Source of the DNA: a virus
IMG/VR virus record: IMGVR_UViG_3300029904_000009
Coordinates: 2,378 to 66,377 of that record
Direction: 5' to 3' (one strand)
Length of the DNA stretch: 64,000 nucleotides
This document shows, in pieces, positions 1-10,008 of the stretch. Positions within the stretch are counted from its first letter, which is position 1. Each line of letters opens with the position of its first letter. The notes beneath the pieces were generated by a model, which had not been told where the DNA came from, ran no database searches, and saw only the letters and a program-made list of their open reading frames with translations. The position numbers and the translations under genes are program-made.

Positions 1-89
1 AACTTAATACCTTCCGTTATCAGACTACGCCCCAGGTGAAAATTAAAGACTACGAGGTTGTGGATACCAAGTATGACTTTTAATTTCAG

Positions 90-118
90 TTGACATAAAA
101 AAATTTTTATGGTATAAT
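90..118 (+). promoter_or_regulatory. sigmaA/sigma70 promoter of the replication operon, with a palindromic spacer
   Basis: TTGACA(90-95)-17 bp-TATAAT(113-118) with an extended -10 TG. CATAAAAAAATTTTTATG at 94-111. RBS AAGGAG precedes GTG 152. Confidence 0.9.
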
Positions 119-151
119 AATTATAGAAAATGAGAAAGGAGTTAAGTTTCC

Positions 152-1153
152 GTGGTAAACATTTTTGACATTCCTGTGAAAGATACTATCAACGCAAGCA
201 TGAAGTCAAAGTCTTTCATGGTTGTCGGAAAGTCCAAATCTGGAAAGTCCACTCTCGGCTCTCAGGCTCCCCGTCCTATCTTCCTGATGACCGAGAACGG
301 CGGCGAAGGTTTGACAGGTTTTACTCCGGTGCCTATCGGTTCCTGGGCTGACTTTAAGCAGGCAGTAATCCAGCTGTGTATGCCCCAGGCTCGCGAGAAG
401 TTCGATACCGTTGTAATCGACACCTATACAAACCTCATTCTTCTGCTCGATAAGTATGTCGGCCAGAAGTTGTCCACCGATAAGAGCACTTTGGATTTCG
501 GCTCCGACGCTGATTACGGTAAGGGCACAAAGGCCATGCGAAACGAGCTGGGCATCCAGCTCCAGAAGTTGGCAAATCAGGGGTACATTCTTCTGAATAT
601 CGTCCATGCCGAAGATAAGACTGATTTCCAGACTCAGAAGCAGTACATTGGTACTTCTCTCAGTCCCGGTTTGTACGGCGTTGCCGAAAAGTTCGTTGAT
701 CAGATTATCTATCTGAAACGCGAGCGTAATAAGGACGGTACTTTCTCTCACAAGATTTACTTCAATCCCAAGGGCGGATTTGAAGGAACCGGCGGCCGTT
801 GGACGCCTGATGTTGACTCCGTTGATTGTTCTTACGACAATCTGGAGAAAGTCATGGTTGCGGCCATTGAGAAGAGTGCTGAAAAGCAGGGTGCCAAGGC
901 TGTCGAAGCAGCTGGCCCCAGTGTAACCATTCAGACCGAGGATGAGAGGATTCTCGATTTCCCTGCTCTCAAGTCTCAGTTTGACCAGCTCACAAAGGAC
1001 TTGATGGCAAAATATCCCGAAGATGGAGCCGACAGAGTTCGCGCTATCATCGAAACTGTCCTTGGCCCCGGCAAGAAAGTCGGCGCCCTCCAGCCTCATC
1101 AGGCAGAGCTGTTGGCTGAAGTAAATACCTCTCTGAAAGCAAATCTTGAATAA
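152..1153 (+). CDS. AAA_24/Sak4-like NTP-binding recombination (single-strand annealing) protein
   Basis: Walker A GKSKSGKST, Walker B VVIDT, and the motif IFLMTENG. Lies directly upstream of an SSB-like gene, as Sak4 genes typically do. TAA stop. Confidence 0.7.
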   Translation: MVNIFDIPVKDTINASMKSKSFMVVGKSKSGKSTLGSQAPRPIFLMTENGGEGLTGFTPVPIGSWADFKQAVIQLCMPQAREKFDTVVIDTYTNLILLLDKYVGQKLSTDKSTLDFGSDADYGKGTKAMRNELGIQLQKLANQGYILLNIVHAEDKTDFQTQKQYIGTSLSPGLYGVAEKFVDQIIYLKRERNKDGTFSHKIYFNPKGGFEGTGGRWTPDVDSVDCSYDNLEKVMVAAIEKSAEKQGAKAVEAAGPSVTIQTEDERILDFPALKSQFDQLTKDLMAKYPEDGADRVRAIIETVLGPGKKVGALQPHQAELLAEVNTSLKANLE

Positions 1154-1167
1154 AAGGAGATTCAAAC

Positions 1168-2010
1168 ATGAAAAAGTTTAATCGTGTAAATCTGTCTGGT
1201 CGTCTCGCTGGCTACGAGCTGAATCGTGGTACTACCAAGAATGGCGACGAGTTTATCAACGGCACCATCTCTCTGATTGTTGACGAGAATGGTACTACCG
1301 TTGACAAGATTCGTGTCTTCGCCACTCCTGTGTGGAAGAAGTCCGGTAAGGCCAATGGTAACTATACCATGCTCGACAAGATGGAGCAGGGTGAGTTCCA
1401 GGTCGGCGCTGATAACGGTGAGTGGCTGGCTATCCAGGGCACTATCGACATCAGCTACTTCCCTCCCCGCAATCCCGATCCCAATGATCCCGAGCCTGCT
1501 CGTTCTCAGCGTGTAAACGCCACTTTCATCAACGCCAATACCAAGAAGGTTTACCAGAACACTTGGAGCTGCGACTACCTGATGACCAACATCCGTGAGA
1601 TTGAGGCCGATCCCGAGCGCAATCTCGACCGTTATGTCCGCGTTCACGGCTATGTTGTCGACGAGTACAACGAGGTCATTCTCGAGGCTGAGTTTGATGT
1701 TCGTAAGGAGGCGGCTATCAACTACTTCCTGGGCCTCCAGGCAAGCGAGGATATGCCCTACTTCGTATCTGTCGGCGGCGAGATGACTATGGTTGTCCGC
1801 TCCGTGACCATCCCCAATGCTATCGGTGACGATGAGCATCGCGAGTTTACCAACCTGCGTTGGTGCGTGACTCGTATCAATCCCACTCCCTACACCTTCG
1901 GCGACGAGGCTGACATTACCGTTGACCAGTACAACGAGTTCAAGGCCAACCTCCAGGAGAAGAAGGCCGAAGCCATGAAGGACGACAAGGAGCCTGACCT
2001 CGCGTTCTAA
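1168..2010 (+). CDS. single-stranded DNA-binding protein-like (OB fold)
   Basis: N-terminal NRVNLSGRL OB-fold start and an acidic C-terminal tail ending EPDLAF, typical of SSBs. Strong codon bias. RBS AAGGAG. Confidence 0.65.
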   Translation: MKKFNRVNLSGRLAGYELNRGTTKNGDEFINGTISLIVDENGTTVDKIRVFATPVWKKSGKANGNYTMLDKMEQGEFQVGADNGEWLAIQGTIDISYFPPRNPDPNDPEPARSQRVNATFINANTKKVYQNTWSCDYLMTNIREIEADPERNLDRYVRVHGYVVDEYNEVILEAEFDVRKEAAINYFLGLQASEDMPYFVSVGGEMTMVVRSVTIPNAIGDDEHREFTNLRWCVTRINPTPYTFGDEADITVDQYNEFKANLQEKKAEAMKDDKEPDLAF

Positions 2011-2033
2011 TTAACTGAAAGGAGAAGAAGTCA

Positions 2034-3374
2034 ATGACATATGAGGAAAAGATTGCTTTACTCAATGGAGACGACTTCTTCTCCTTTTTTGAGTATATGA
2101 GAGCGCAACCTCGATGGGTTAACAGTGCCGGTAAGCGTGCAATACAGCTTATCGGCCTGTGCCATCATGGTGAAAATCACTCTGCGTTATTTGACCCATC
2201 AACTCTGAAAGTCAACTGTTTCAGTGAGTGTGGCGGCGGTATGCTGCTTCATACTTGGGTTAAGCGAGCACTTGACTTGCCTGATCCAGAACTTGCTAAG
2301 CAGTTTATTGAGGATTACATCGCCGGACAGCGAATTGATTTAACTGGGCGTGTACCAATCAGTGTTGACTTTGGTTTTACCGAGCGACCTTTTAAGATTG
2401 AGCATATTGAACCAGTTGAGCCAATTCGTCAAGATATTATTGATGAACTTTATGAAACTCAATTCACTCAAGCGCCAGATGTTATGAGAAAGTTGAGATG
2501 GCATACAGAAGATAAAATTGATGTTGACATCATGTTGAAATATGATGTTGCATATTTTCCTCGAAATGGAACCATTATTCTTCCTCATCATAATATCAAT
2601 GGTAAGATAGTCGGTTTGTATGAACGCAGCTTTAGAATGTTGCGAAAAGACTTCTACAAACTCTATCCTGGAGCACCATTCCAGGCCGCGATGTGGTTTC
2701 CAAGAGCAAAATATGTCCCTCTTGTAAGAGATGAAAAATATAGGGAGATGTTGGCCAATGAAGAGAAAACTTCTTGGAGTTTCGCTAATAGCCGCAATTT
2801 GTATGGGTTGCACATTGCTGCTCCTTACATTAAAGAAAGCGGGGAAGCGATCATATTTGAGGGTGCCAAGTCGGTAATGCTTGCGCATCAGTGGGGCATT
2901 AAAAATTGTGTTGCCTCACATACATTTGGCTGTCACTTTAATCATATCAATATGTTGTATGAATGCGGCGCCAGAAAAATCTTCTTTGCTTTTGACAAAC
3001 AATACAAAGAGCAAAGTGATGAAGACCATGACTGGTATCTTTATAATAAGAGAACAACCGGTATGGCGGTGAAAATAAAAGACGAAGGTGGACTTCAGTG
3101 TTATCGAATTATTGATGTTCCAAATACTGGAGTGCCGCTTGACCATAAAGATGCACCAGTAGATAAAGGTAAAGAAAAGTTCTTGGCTCTACTGGAAGCT
3201 GCGCATAAAAGTCGTCCTCTCTGGCCGGAAGAGCCGCAAGATTTGGGCGAAATGCCAAGAAGAACCAACTTTGTTAAAGACGAAAGAGTCTCGCAAGTTG
3301 CATTAAAATTGCAAAATAGTGATACGGTAGGTGATACAATTTGGTCCCTTTTACACCCGAACAGCGAGCAGTAA
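2034..3374 (+). CDS. DnaG-type primase-like protein (zinc-binding domain + TOPRIM)
   Basis: CHH...CFSEC zinc motif, IILPHHNINGKIVG, NLYGLH, IIFEGAKSV TOPRIM glutamate. The acidic motifs are partly degenerate. Confidence 0.75.
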   Translation: MTYEEKIALLNGDDFFSFFEYMRAQPRWVNSAGKRAIQLIGLCHHGENHSALFDPSTLKVNCFSECGGGMLLHTWVKRALDLPDPELAKQFIEDYIAGQRIDLTGRVPISVDFGFTERPFKIEHIEPVEPIRQDIIDELYETQFTQAPDVMRKLRWHTEDKIDVDIMLKYDVAYFPRNGTIILPHHNINGKIVGLYERSFRMLRKDFYKLYPGAPFQAAMWFPRAKYVPLVRDEKYREMLANEEKTSWSFANSRNLYGLHIAAPYIKESGEAIIFEGAKSVMLAHQWGIKNCVASHTFGCHFNHINMLYECGARKIFFAFDKQYKEQSDEDHDWYLYNKRTTGMAVKIKDEGGLQCYRIIDVPNTGVPLDHKDAPVDKGKEKFLALLEAAHKSRPLWPEEPQDLGEMPRRTNFVKDERVSQVALKLQNSDTVGDTIWSLLHPNSEQ

Positions 3375-4810
3375 TGGATTATGTTCTGGAACAAGTCCAT
3401 GACCCTAATGGACATAATACCATTATCTCTGGTTCTGGCGGAACAGGTAAGACAACAGTAATCTGTGAACTTATCTGTCAACTTCTCAGTGAAGGATATG
3501 CAGTTGCAGTTACAGCAATGACTGGCAAAGCGACTTCAGTTCTCCGAAATAAAGTCTGGAAGGCGATTGAGGAAAAAGAGCTGGAGTTTGACAAGGACAA
3601 TCTTTGTATTGAAACTGTAACGAAGATTACAAAGAAAAGTAGCGTTCTGGGTACAACTTCCGACGGAAGCACTAAGTTTACAAATACTTGGCGCGACCCA
3701 AGAACTTTTCCATATGATGTTCTGTTTGTTGACGAGCTTTCGATGGTGCCGCAGTTCATCTCTCAGTGGTGGATGATGACCAATGCACGAGTTATTGGCT
3801 GCGGCGATGAATGTCAACTTCCAGAAGTAAATACATCAGAAGTGGCAAACGACCTCAATTCTTTTAGACATGATCTCCATGTATCTAAGATGAATTACAC
3901 TTCTGGTTATGGCGTTAAGGTTTTGAAGACTTTGGCGCATCTCCAACTGCACAAGGTGTTGCGGTCTGATAATGACATCGCTTTACTGTGCGGCGACTTG
4001 AGAGATTTCACTCAGTCCAAGCAGCAACTCCTCTCTCGGATTAAGTATTGGGCGGAGAAATCTCCAGACATTTCATACGGGACTTCCAAATCCGAGATTG
4101 AGACTGACCCTGAATGGCAGATTATCTGCTATACCAATAAGTTGTGCGCTGAAATCAATGAGCATCTTTGTATTGGTGGCGACCGTTATCCAGATCTCCA
4201 TGATAAGATTCTTCTGTATGATAATATCAATCCCCTGGGCATCTATAATGGCGATGTAATGTATTTCGCTGACCTGCTTGATGCGATTGAGCACGCGAAG
4301 AATCGTAAGCGTCCAATTTATGTTTGTGTAAAATGGCAAAATCGTATGCCAAAGTCCAGCGGTAATATTTGGGAGCAAAGATTTGCGGCTCAGTATATCG
4401 CCTATAATAATGCCCTTAGAGAAGCATCTGAAGAGCGTTGGAAGATGGCTCATACGATTATCGAGAATGCTTCTTTGAGCGAGGAGCAGAAAGATCAATA
4501 CATTATTGACCTCGATAAGATTGGTATGTCGAAGACCAATAAAGAAGACGCTCTCGTTGATTTCGTCGAGAAAATGACGAGAATTGACAGAGACACAGCC
4601 AATCTTCTGGTTGACCATCTTCCTCCAACTCCTCAGCTTTACTTTGTGAATATTGGTTATGGTTATGCCATCACCACTCACAAGAGCCAGGGTTCCGAAT
4701 ACGACAATGTTTGTTATGTCCTTGAGCGCTTTGATAAGCCGCTCCTCTATACTGGCCTTTCAAGGGCCAAGAAACGGCTTAAAATCGTAAATATCACATC
4801 TACAAAGTAA
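3341..4810 (+). CDS. RecD/Dda-like superfamily 1B DNA helicase
   Basis: Walker A GSGGTGKT, FVDELSM, GDECQL, and C-terminal GYAITTHKSQGSEYD and LYTGLSRAK. AGGTGA RBS before TTG 3341. Confidence 0.85.
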   Translation: MVPFTPEQRAVMDYVLEQVHDPNGHNTIISGSGGTGKTTVICELICQLLSEGYAVAVTAMTGKATSVLRNKVWKAIEEKELEFDKDNLCIETVTKITKKSSVLGTTSDGSTKFTNTWRDPRTFPYDVLFVDELSMVPQFISQWWMMTNARVIGCGDECQLPEVNTSEVANDLNSFRHDLHVSKMNYTSGYGVKVLKTLAHLQLHKVLRSDNDIALLCGDLRDFTQSKQQLLSRIKYWAEKSPDISYGTSKSEIETDPEWQIICYTNKLCAEINEHLCIGGDRYPDLHDKILLYDNINPLGIYNGDVMYFADLLDAIEHAKNRKRPIYVCVKWQNRMPKSSGNIWEQRFAAQYIAYNNALREASEERWKMAHTIIENASLSEEQKDQYIIDLDKIGMSKTNKEDALVDFVEKMTRIDRDTANLLVDHLPPTPQLYFVNIGYGYAITTHKSQGSEYDNVCYVLERFDKPLLYTGLSRAKKRLKIVNITSTK

Positions 4811-4824
4811 AAGGAGATGAGTGA

Positions 4825-7800
4825 ATGTACTTTGGTTGCCATAATCATACTGAATACAGCAATATTACAACTGGTCTGGACAGTATCAACAAGCTGGAAG
4901 ACCTTGTAAATAAAGCCAAAGAGTTCGGTATGCGCGGTATTGCCATTACAAATCACGATAATCTCTCAGAAGTCATTGAAATCAATCGTATGCAAAAGAA
5001 ACTGCGCGACGCCGGTGATGATTTCGTTCTTGCCATTGGCAACGAGATTTACCTCGTCGATAGCTATGATCCTGACGATAAGCAGAGAGAGAAATATTAT
5101 CACTTCCTGCTGATTGCCAAGGATAAGATTGGTTATCAAGCTCTGATTGAATTATCGACTCGCGCATGGTATCGTTCAACTGTCAAGTGGGGCAAACGCA
5201 GAGTACCTACTCTTAAGTCTGACATCGAGGAGGTTATGGAGTGGGCGCGCGGCCATGTCGTTGCTTCTACTGCTTGCCTGGGCGGCGAGTTCCCCACTTT
5301 GATTAACAATGGAGAATACGACAAAGCAGAACTGTTCATCGAATGGTGCAACAATCAGTTTGGTAGCGAAGATTTTTATATTGAGCTTCAACCTTCTGAT
5401 AGTAAGGATCAAACTCTTTTTAATCAACGCGCTATTGGGTTTTATCACGACAGAGCACAGTTCATCATCACAACCGATGCTCACTACCAGAATGTAGAAG
5501 ATTTCCCGGTCTTCGAAGCATTCTTGAGAAGCAAACAAGAGGATCGCGAAGTTAAAGAGTATTATACTTTCGCCCGTATGATGGATGAAAGAGAAATCTA
5601 TGAACTTATGGATAAAATGGACATTCGTCCACAGTTTGTAGACAGATGTTTTCTGAATACTCTTCATATCGCCGACCAGATTGAGTTCTACGATTTGGCT
5701 CAAGATCCTCGTATTCCCAAGGTTGAACTGCCGCCCATTAACGTTGGTTTCTCTACTGAACAACTGTATGATTTATCCAAATATCCCACTCTTTGGTGGG
5801 CGACCCATGAAAAAGACTATCAGACTTATTATTGTGCGATGTATTGCCTGAAAAGTCTGATGGAGCGAGGCAAATGGAATGAAGAGTACCTTTCGCGTTT
5901 AGAGGAAGAGTTTGATACGTTCAAATTCCAGTCGGAGGCGTTCAACGACAACTTTTTCGCGTACTTTAATACTATGCAGCATTTTCTTGAGCTGGCTTGG
6001 AGTATTGATTGCGCTGTTGGTCCCTCCAGAGGCTCTGCATCCGGCTCTCTCCTCTGTTATCTTATGGACGTGGTTCAGTGTGATCCTATTCAGTACGGCC
6101 TCTACTTTTGGCGATTCGCTAACAAAGTCCGTACTTCTCCTCTGGATATTGACACTGATTTTCAACCTTCTAAACGTCCTGAACTTTTTGCCGCAATAAG
6201 AAAAGAACGCGGCGAACTGGGTATGACCCAGGTAGCCACATATCGTAAATTGACCTTGAAAGCGGCCATCGGCAATGCAGCTCGTGGTTATAGAAGCGAG
6301 GAATTTCCAAATGGCCTGGATAGCGATATTTCAACCTACCTCTCAAGCCTTATTGAGATTAAGCGCGGCTTCGTTGCAACGCTCAAACAAACTCTCGAAG
6401 GCGATGAGACAACAGGATATTCTGTTAATCACAGCTTTATCAGAGAGTGTAATCAATATCCCGGCCTTTTGGACATTATTAAGAAGATCGAGGGGTTAAT
6501 CGTCGGGTCGGGCACGCACGCTGCTGCCGTGATTTTGTTTGATGACCAAGACCGTTTAACTAATCATTGTTCTCTTATGAGAGCGCCGAACGGCGATATG
6601 TGCACCGCCTTGGACCTCCATACTGTGGAAGAGGCTGGATGTTACAAGTACGATTTCCTTTTGCTGTCCACGCTCGATATTCAAGCCGCGTGTTTTGATT
6701 TGTTGAAGAAAGATGGTTTGGTTGATAAGGATTTAACGCTTAAACAGTGTTTCCGTAAGTATATCAATCCTAATACCATTGACTTTAATAACCCGGAAAT
6801 CTGGGAGAAACTTTATAACAATGAAGTGCTCTCTGTATTCCAGTGGGACGCCGCTTCTGGTCGTAAAGGCATTCTGGCAACCCATCCTCATAATCTTGCC
6901 GAGCTTACTTCTGTCAATGGTCTGATTCGTTTGATGACTCAGGAAGGCGAAGAGGACCAGATTGAAAGATTTTGCCGTATCAAAGATGATCCAGAGTCTT
7001 TCGAGGAAGAAATGGCTAAAGCAGGATTGAGCGATGAGCAGCGCCACATCATGCATCAGGAACTCGACAGATATAATGGATGCGCAGCAACGCAGGAAAG
7101 TTTCATGGTATTGAGTCAGTTATTGGCTAAGTACACATTGAAGCAGGCAGATGCGCTTCGTAAGACTGTCGCAAAGAAGAAGATGAATGAGATTACCAAG
7201 CAGAAAGAGTTATTTTACTCTCAATGTGAAGGTACTCAGGAGGTCAAAGATTATCTATGGAAGGTAGTAATTCAACCGTCTCTCGGATATGGCTTCTCCC
7301 TCAATCATGCTCTTCCTTATTCTATCATCGGCGTCCAGTGTATCCTTATGGGTGGTATCCTCTTCCCCCCAATTTACTGGCAATGCGCTTGTCTTCTTCA
7401 AAGAAGCGGAGCGCTTGACGGCAAAGGTGCCAACTACAATAAGATTGCCAAAGCTGTTGCTACACTGGTAAGTCAAGGAGTGAATATTACTCCTATCGAC
7501 ATCAATGTAAGTGAGGCAGATTTCTCTGTTGATAGCGAAAATAATACCATCCACTATGGTTTGGCTGGTGTGAAAGGCCTCAAAGACAAGGTTATGACCA
7601 AGATTTTCGCCCTTCGCCCATTCGAATCTTTGCAGGATTTCATTGAGAAAACTGCCGCTGATGTCACTTCAATTGTGACACTCGTAAAGGCTGGAGCATT
7701 CGATAGATTTGGCCTGAGATCAGATATAATCAAGGAATTAGCAGAGATTAAAGCTGACACAAAGAGCCGACTGAATGGCCAGAATCTACTTATGATTAGT

Positions 7801-8676
7801 AGACTTGGCCTTTGGCCGCAAGATACCGAGGAGTTAAAGTTCTCTCAAAGAGTTTTCAACTTTACTCATTACATGAATCAGTTGAAGGCCGCGGAACAGA
7901 AACGACTTGGTGAAAAGATCGACTACTATCCAATCAATAAGACCTGTCTTGATTTTCTCAATGAAATTGAATATGATACAGGTTGTATTGAAGAAGAGAA
8001 CCATTTCCCTACTCTTTATTGGAAGTCTTATTTCGATAGTTGGATGCTCTGCATCAAGAATTACCTCAAAGAGCATCAAGAAGAAATGCTTAAAGCCGTC
8101 AATGATAGACAAATCTCTGATTGGTTGGATAAGTATTTCAATAAGGAGCAAGGTTACGCTGAATGGGAGATTGAAACTATGGGCCTCTGCTTCCAAGAGC
8201 ACCCCATGATTCATGTCAATAATATCTCCAACTTTGACGACTTGCCGACTGAACCTGAAGTTGGTAGTCTGTATAAAGTACCAAGCGGCCGAGTAGTTCC
8301 TATTTATAAGCTGACAATGATTGCCGGCTATGCCATTGCAAAAGACAAACTCCATAGTTCAATTACTTTGTTGACCGCTACTGGTCCTGTTGAAGTAAAA
8401 TTTCGTAAGCAGCAATTTGCATCTTACGATAAACAGGTTTCAAAGGTAGTTGACGGTAAGAAAAAAGTAGTTGAAAAGAGTTGGTTGAACCGTGGCGTTG
8501 CTTTGATTATTCATGGTATGCGTCAAGACGATATTTTCATTGCTAAGACCTATAAGAATAGTCCTATGCGCCACACAGCATATAAGATTACAAAGATTCT
8601 TCCTACTGGAAAGTTTGAAGTCCAGAAGGAAAGAAAATCTGGAACATTGGAGGATAGCAACGAAAATGACGACTGA
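4825..8676 (+). CDS. dnaE: DNA polymerase III alpha subunit (family C)
   Basis: PHP motifs HNHTEYS, ITNHDN and TTDAHY; GPSRGSASGS; catalytic LDIDTDF; GTHAAAV; KYDFLLL; FSLNHALPYS; C-terminal OB region. 1283 aa with no TAG. Confidence 0.95.
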   Translation: MYFGCHNHTEYSNITTGLDSINKLEDLVNKAKEFGMRGIAITNHDNLSEVIEINRMQKKLRDAGDDFVLAIGNEIYLVDSYDPDDKQREKYYHFLLIAKDKIGYQALIELSTRAWYRSTVKWGKRRVPTLKSDIEEVMEWARGHVVASTACLGGEFPTLINNGEYDKAELFIEWCNNQFGSEDFYIELQPSDSKDQTLFNQRAIGFYHDRAQFIITTDAHYQNVEDFPVFEAFLRSKQEDREVKEYYTFARMMDEREIYELMDKMDIRPQFVDRCFLNTLHIADQIEFYDLAQDPRIPKVELPPINVGFSTEQLYDLSKYPTLWWATHEKDYQTYYCAMYCLKSLMERGKWNEEYLSRLEEEFDTFKFQSEAFNDNFFAYFNTMQHFLELAWSIDCAVGPSRGSASGSLLCYLMDVVQCDPIQYGLYFWRFANKVRTSPLDIDTDFQPSKRPELFAAIRKERGELGMTQVATYRKLTLKAAIGNAARGYRSEEFPNGLDSDISTYLSSLIEIKRGFVATLKQTLEGDETTGYSVNHSFIRECNQYPGLLDIIKKIEGLIVGSGTHAAAVILFDDQDRLTNHCSLMRAPNGDMCTALDLHTVEEAGCYKYDFLLLSTLDIQAACFDLLKKDGLVDKDLTLKQCFRKYINPNTIDFNNPEIWEKLYNNEVLSVFQWDAASGRKGILATHPHNLAELTSVNGLIRLMTQEGEEDQIERFCRIKDDPESFEEEMAKAGLSDEQRHIMHQELDRYNGCAATQESFMVLSQLLAKYTLKQADALRKTVAKKKMNEITKQKELFYSQCEGTQEVKDYLWKVVIQPSLGYGFSLNHALPYSIIGVQCILMGGILFPPIYWQCACLLQRSGALDGKGANYNKIAKAVATLVSQGVNITPIDINVSEADFSVDSENNTIHYGLAGVKGLKDKVMTKIFALRPFESLQDFIEKTAADVTSIVTLVKAGAFDRFGLRSDIIKELAEIKADTKSRLNGQNLLMISRLGLWPQDTEELKFSQRVFNFTHYMNQLKAAEQKRLGEKIDYYPINKTCLDFLNEIEYDTGCIEEENHFPTLYWKSYFDSWMLCIKNYLKEHQEEMLKAVNDRQISDWLDKYFNKEQGYAEWEIETMGLCFQEHPMIHVNNISNFDDLPTEPEVGSLYKVPSGRVVPIYKLTMIAGYAIAKDKLHSSITLLTATGPVEVKFRKQQFASYDKQVSKVVDGKKKVVEKSWLNRGVALIIHGMRQDDIFIAKTYKNSPMRHTAYKITKILPTGKFEVQKERKSGTLEDSNENDD

Positions 8677-8989
8677 TAGAACTTCTTCTCGTTATTATGA
8701 TGACGATGGTCTCCCTATGGACCCTGGCGAGGCCAATATTGAGCACGCCATTCTGACAGTTCCCGCCAATGACCCTGTAAATCATCCTTCCCACTATACC
8801 AGTGGGAAGTATGAGGTCATTGACATCATCGAAGACCAGCTTGGCGCTGATGGTATCCGTGGTTTCTGTCTTGGCAACGCAGTCAAATACATCTGCCGCG
8901 CGGGAAAGAAAGACCCCAGCAAGACTCGGCAGGATCTCGAGAAAGCGATTTGGTATATCAATCATTATCTGGAGGTCATGCCCAAGTGA
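8666..8989 (+). CDS. DUF3310-family protein (related to T7 gp1.7-type nucleotide kinases)
   Basis: DPVNHPSHYTSGKYEVIDII...FCLGNAVKYICRAGKK...DLEKAIWY signature. ATG 8666 follows a GGAGG RBS. Confidence 0.8.
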   Translation: MTTDRTSSRYYDDDGLPMDPGEANIEHAILTVPANDPVNHPSHYTSGKYEVIDIIEDQLGADGIRGFCLGNAVKYICRAGKKDPSKTRQDLEKAIWYINHYLEVMPK

Positions 8990-9285
8990 GACAAGAGTTT
9001 ATTGAATGGCTGAATCTCTGTTGGAATGACTTCTATGAGGTATGGTCGCCAGAAGATTGTGACCAGCATATTGTAAAATATGGGCCGTCCAGTGATGTCG
9101 ATAAGTTCATTACTCTTATCAATCACCTCTACGGATGCCACGCCCAAGATTGTCCTTGGGGCGTAGTAAAATCTGATCACATGAAAGATAATAAGTTCCT
9201 GATTTTCCTTAATGGAAAGTCGATTGAAATTCGTCCTTTTGATGACGATATTTACCATGTAGATTTAGTAAAGGAGGAAGGTTAA
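8986..9285 (+). CDS. hypothetical protein
   Basis: GTGA start/stop overlap with the upstream gene; 99 aa; TAATG overlap with the next gene. Confidence 0.65.
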   Translation: MRQEFIEWLNLCWNDFYEVWSPEDCDQHIVKYGPSSDVDKFITLINHLYGCHAQDCPWGVVKSDHMKDNKFLIFLNGKSIEIRPFDDDIYHVDLVKEEG

Positions 9286-9941
9286 TGGACAAAGTAGTTG
9301 ACTTTGCCACCGCTAAGACAAAACATGATTTGGCGGCCTTGAATCAAAAAGAAGAGAAGACTAATCGCATCAAAGAGGCGATTAAAAAGCTGCCAGGGTA
9401 TCGTGGAGATGTTCCCAGTAAGAATACTATCCGCGGCCTGCCCGACTTGAAGCCTGGCCAAATCTTCTGGGTAGAGATGGATAAGAAGGCATATGTGGTT
9501 GCTGCACTGAACGGCAAGAAAGTGACCATTAAGGCGCTTGATGAAACTGCCAGCGTATCCACCAATATGACCATTTATGACATGAATAAGAGCATCGTGT
9601 CTAAGGAACCTCTCTATGATCTGGAGAAAGATCCCGATAATCTCGCCGACCGAGTAACGGTATGGTTTAATGAGGATTGCCCTCCTAATACCTACTACCT
9701 GCTGTACGGCCGCGACATTCACTATGTGACCCTCATCAAGACTCCTGATGGATTTGCCACTAACCCTTCCACTTTTAACCAGTTGGTTGATTTGATTAAG
9801 GACATCGGCGATCTCATCTCTATGGACTTTAATACAGAGGACGGCGCTTCCTGCATTGAGATTTGGATTCGCACCAGAAACTCTGATGCCGAACTTCTTT
9901 ACCTCATGCCCTACGATTCTGCGCTCGTAGTATTTGAGTAA
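9285..9941 (+). CDS. hypothetical protein
   Basis: 218-aa ORF with AAGGAGG RBS and phage codon bias; last gene before the terminator. Confidence 0.75.
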   Translation: MDKVVDFATAKTKHDLAALNQKEEKTNRIKEAIKKLPGYRGDVPSKNTIRGLPDLKPGQIFWVEMDKKAYVVAALNGKKVTIKALDETASVSTNMTIYDMNKSIVSKEPLYDLEKDPDNLADRVTVWFNEDCPPNTYYLLYGRDIHYVTLIKTPDGFATNPSTFNQLVDLIKDIGDLISMDFNTEDGASCIEIWIRTRNSDAELLYLMPYDSALVVFE

Positions 9942-9952
9942 AAATAGGCATA

Positions 9953-9990
9953 AAAAAAGAACCCCTCCGGTTTCCCGGAGGGGTTTTTGT
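9953..9990. terminator. bidirectional rho-independent terminator
   Basis: A-tract, then ACCCCTCCGG-TTTC-CCGGAGGGGT stem, then T-tract, lying between convergent operons. Confidence 0.9.
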
Positions 9991-10008
9991 TATTTTAAGG
10001 AGAAGCGA

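Noticed and set aside
206-1839. - strand ORFs 206-1165 and 1162-1839
   Set aside because: Antisense to well-supported genes with a promoter, RBS and recognisable motifs.
4825-8676. Intein or intron in dnaE
   Set aside because: The length is typical for DnaE, the motifs are contiguous, and I saw no LAGLIDADG or C-terminal HN-C/S/T splice signature.
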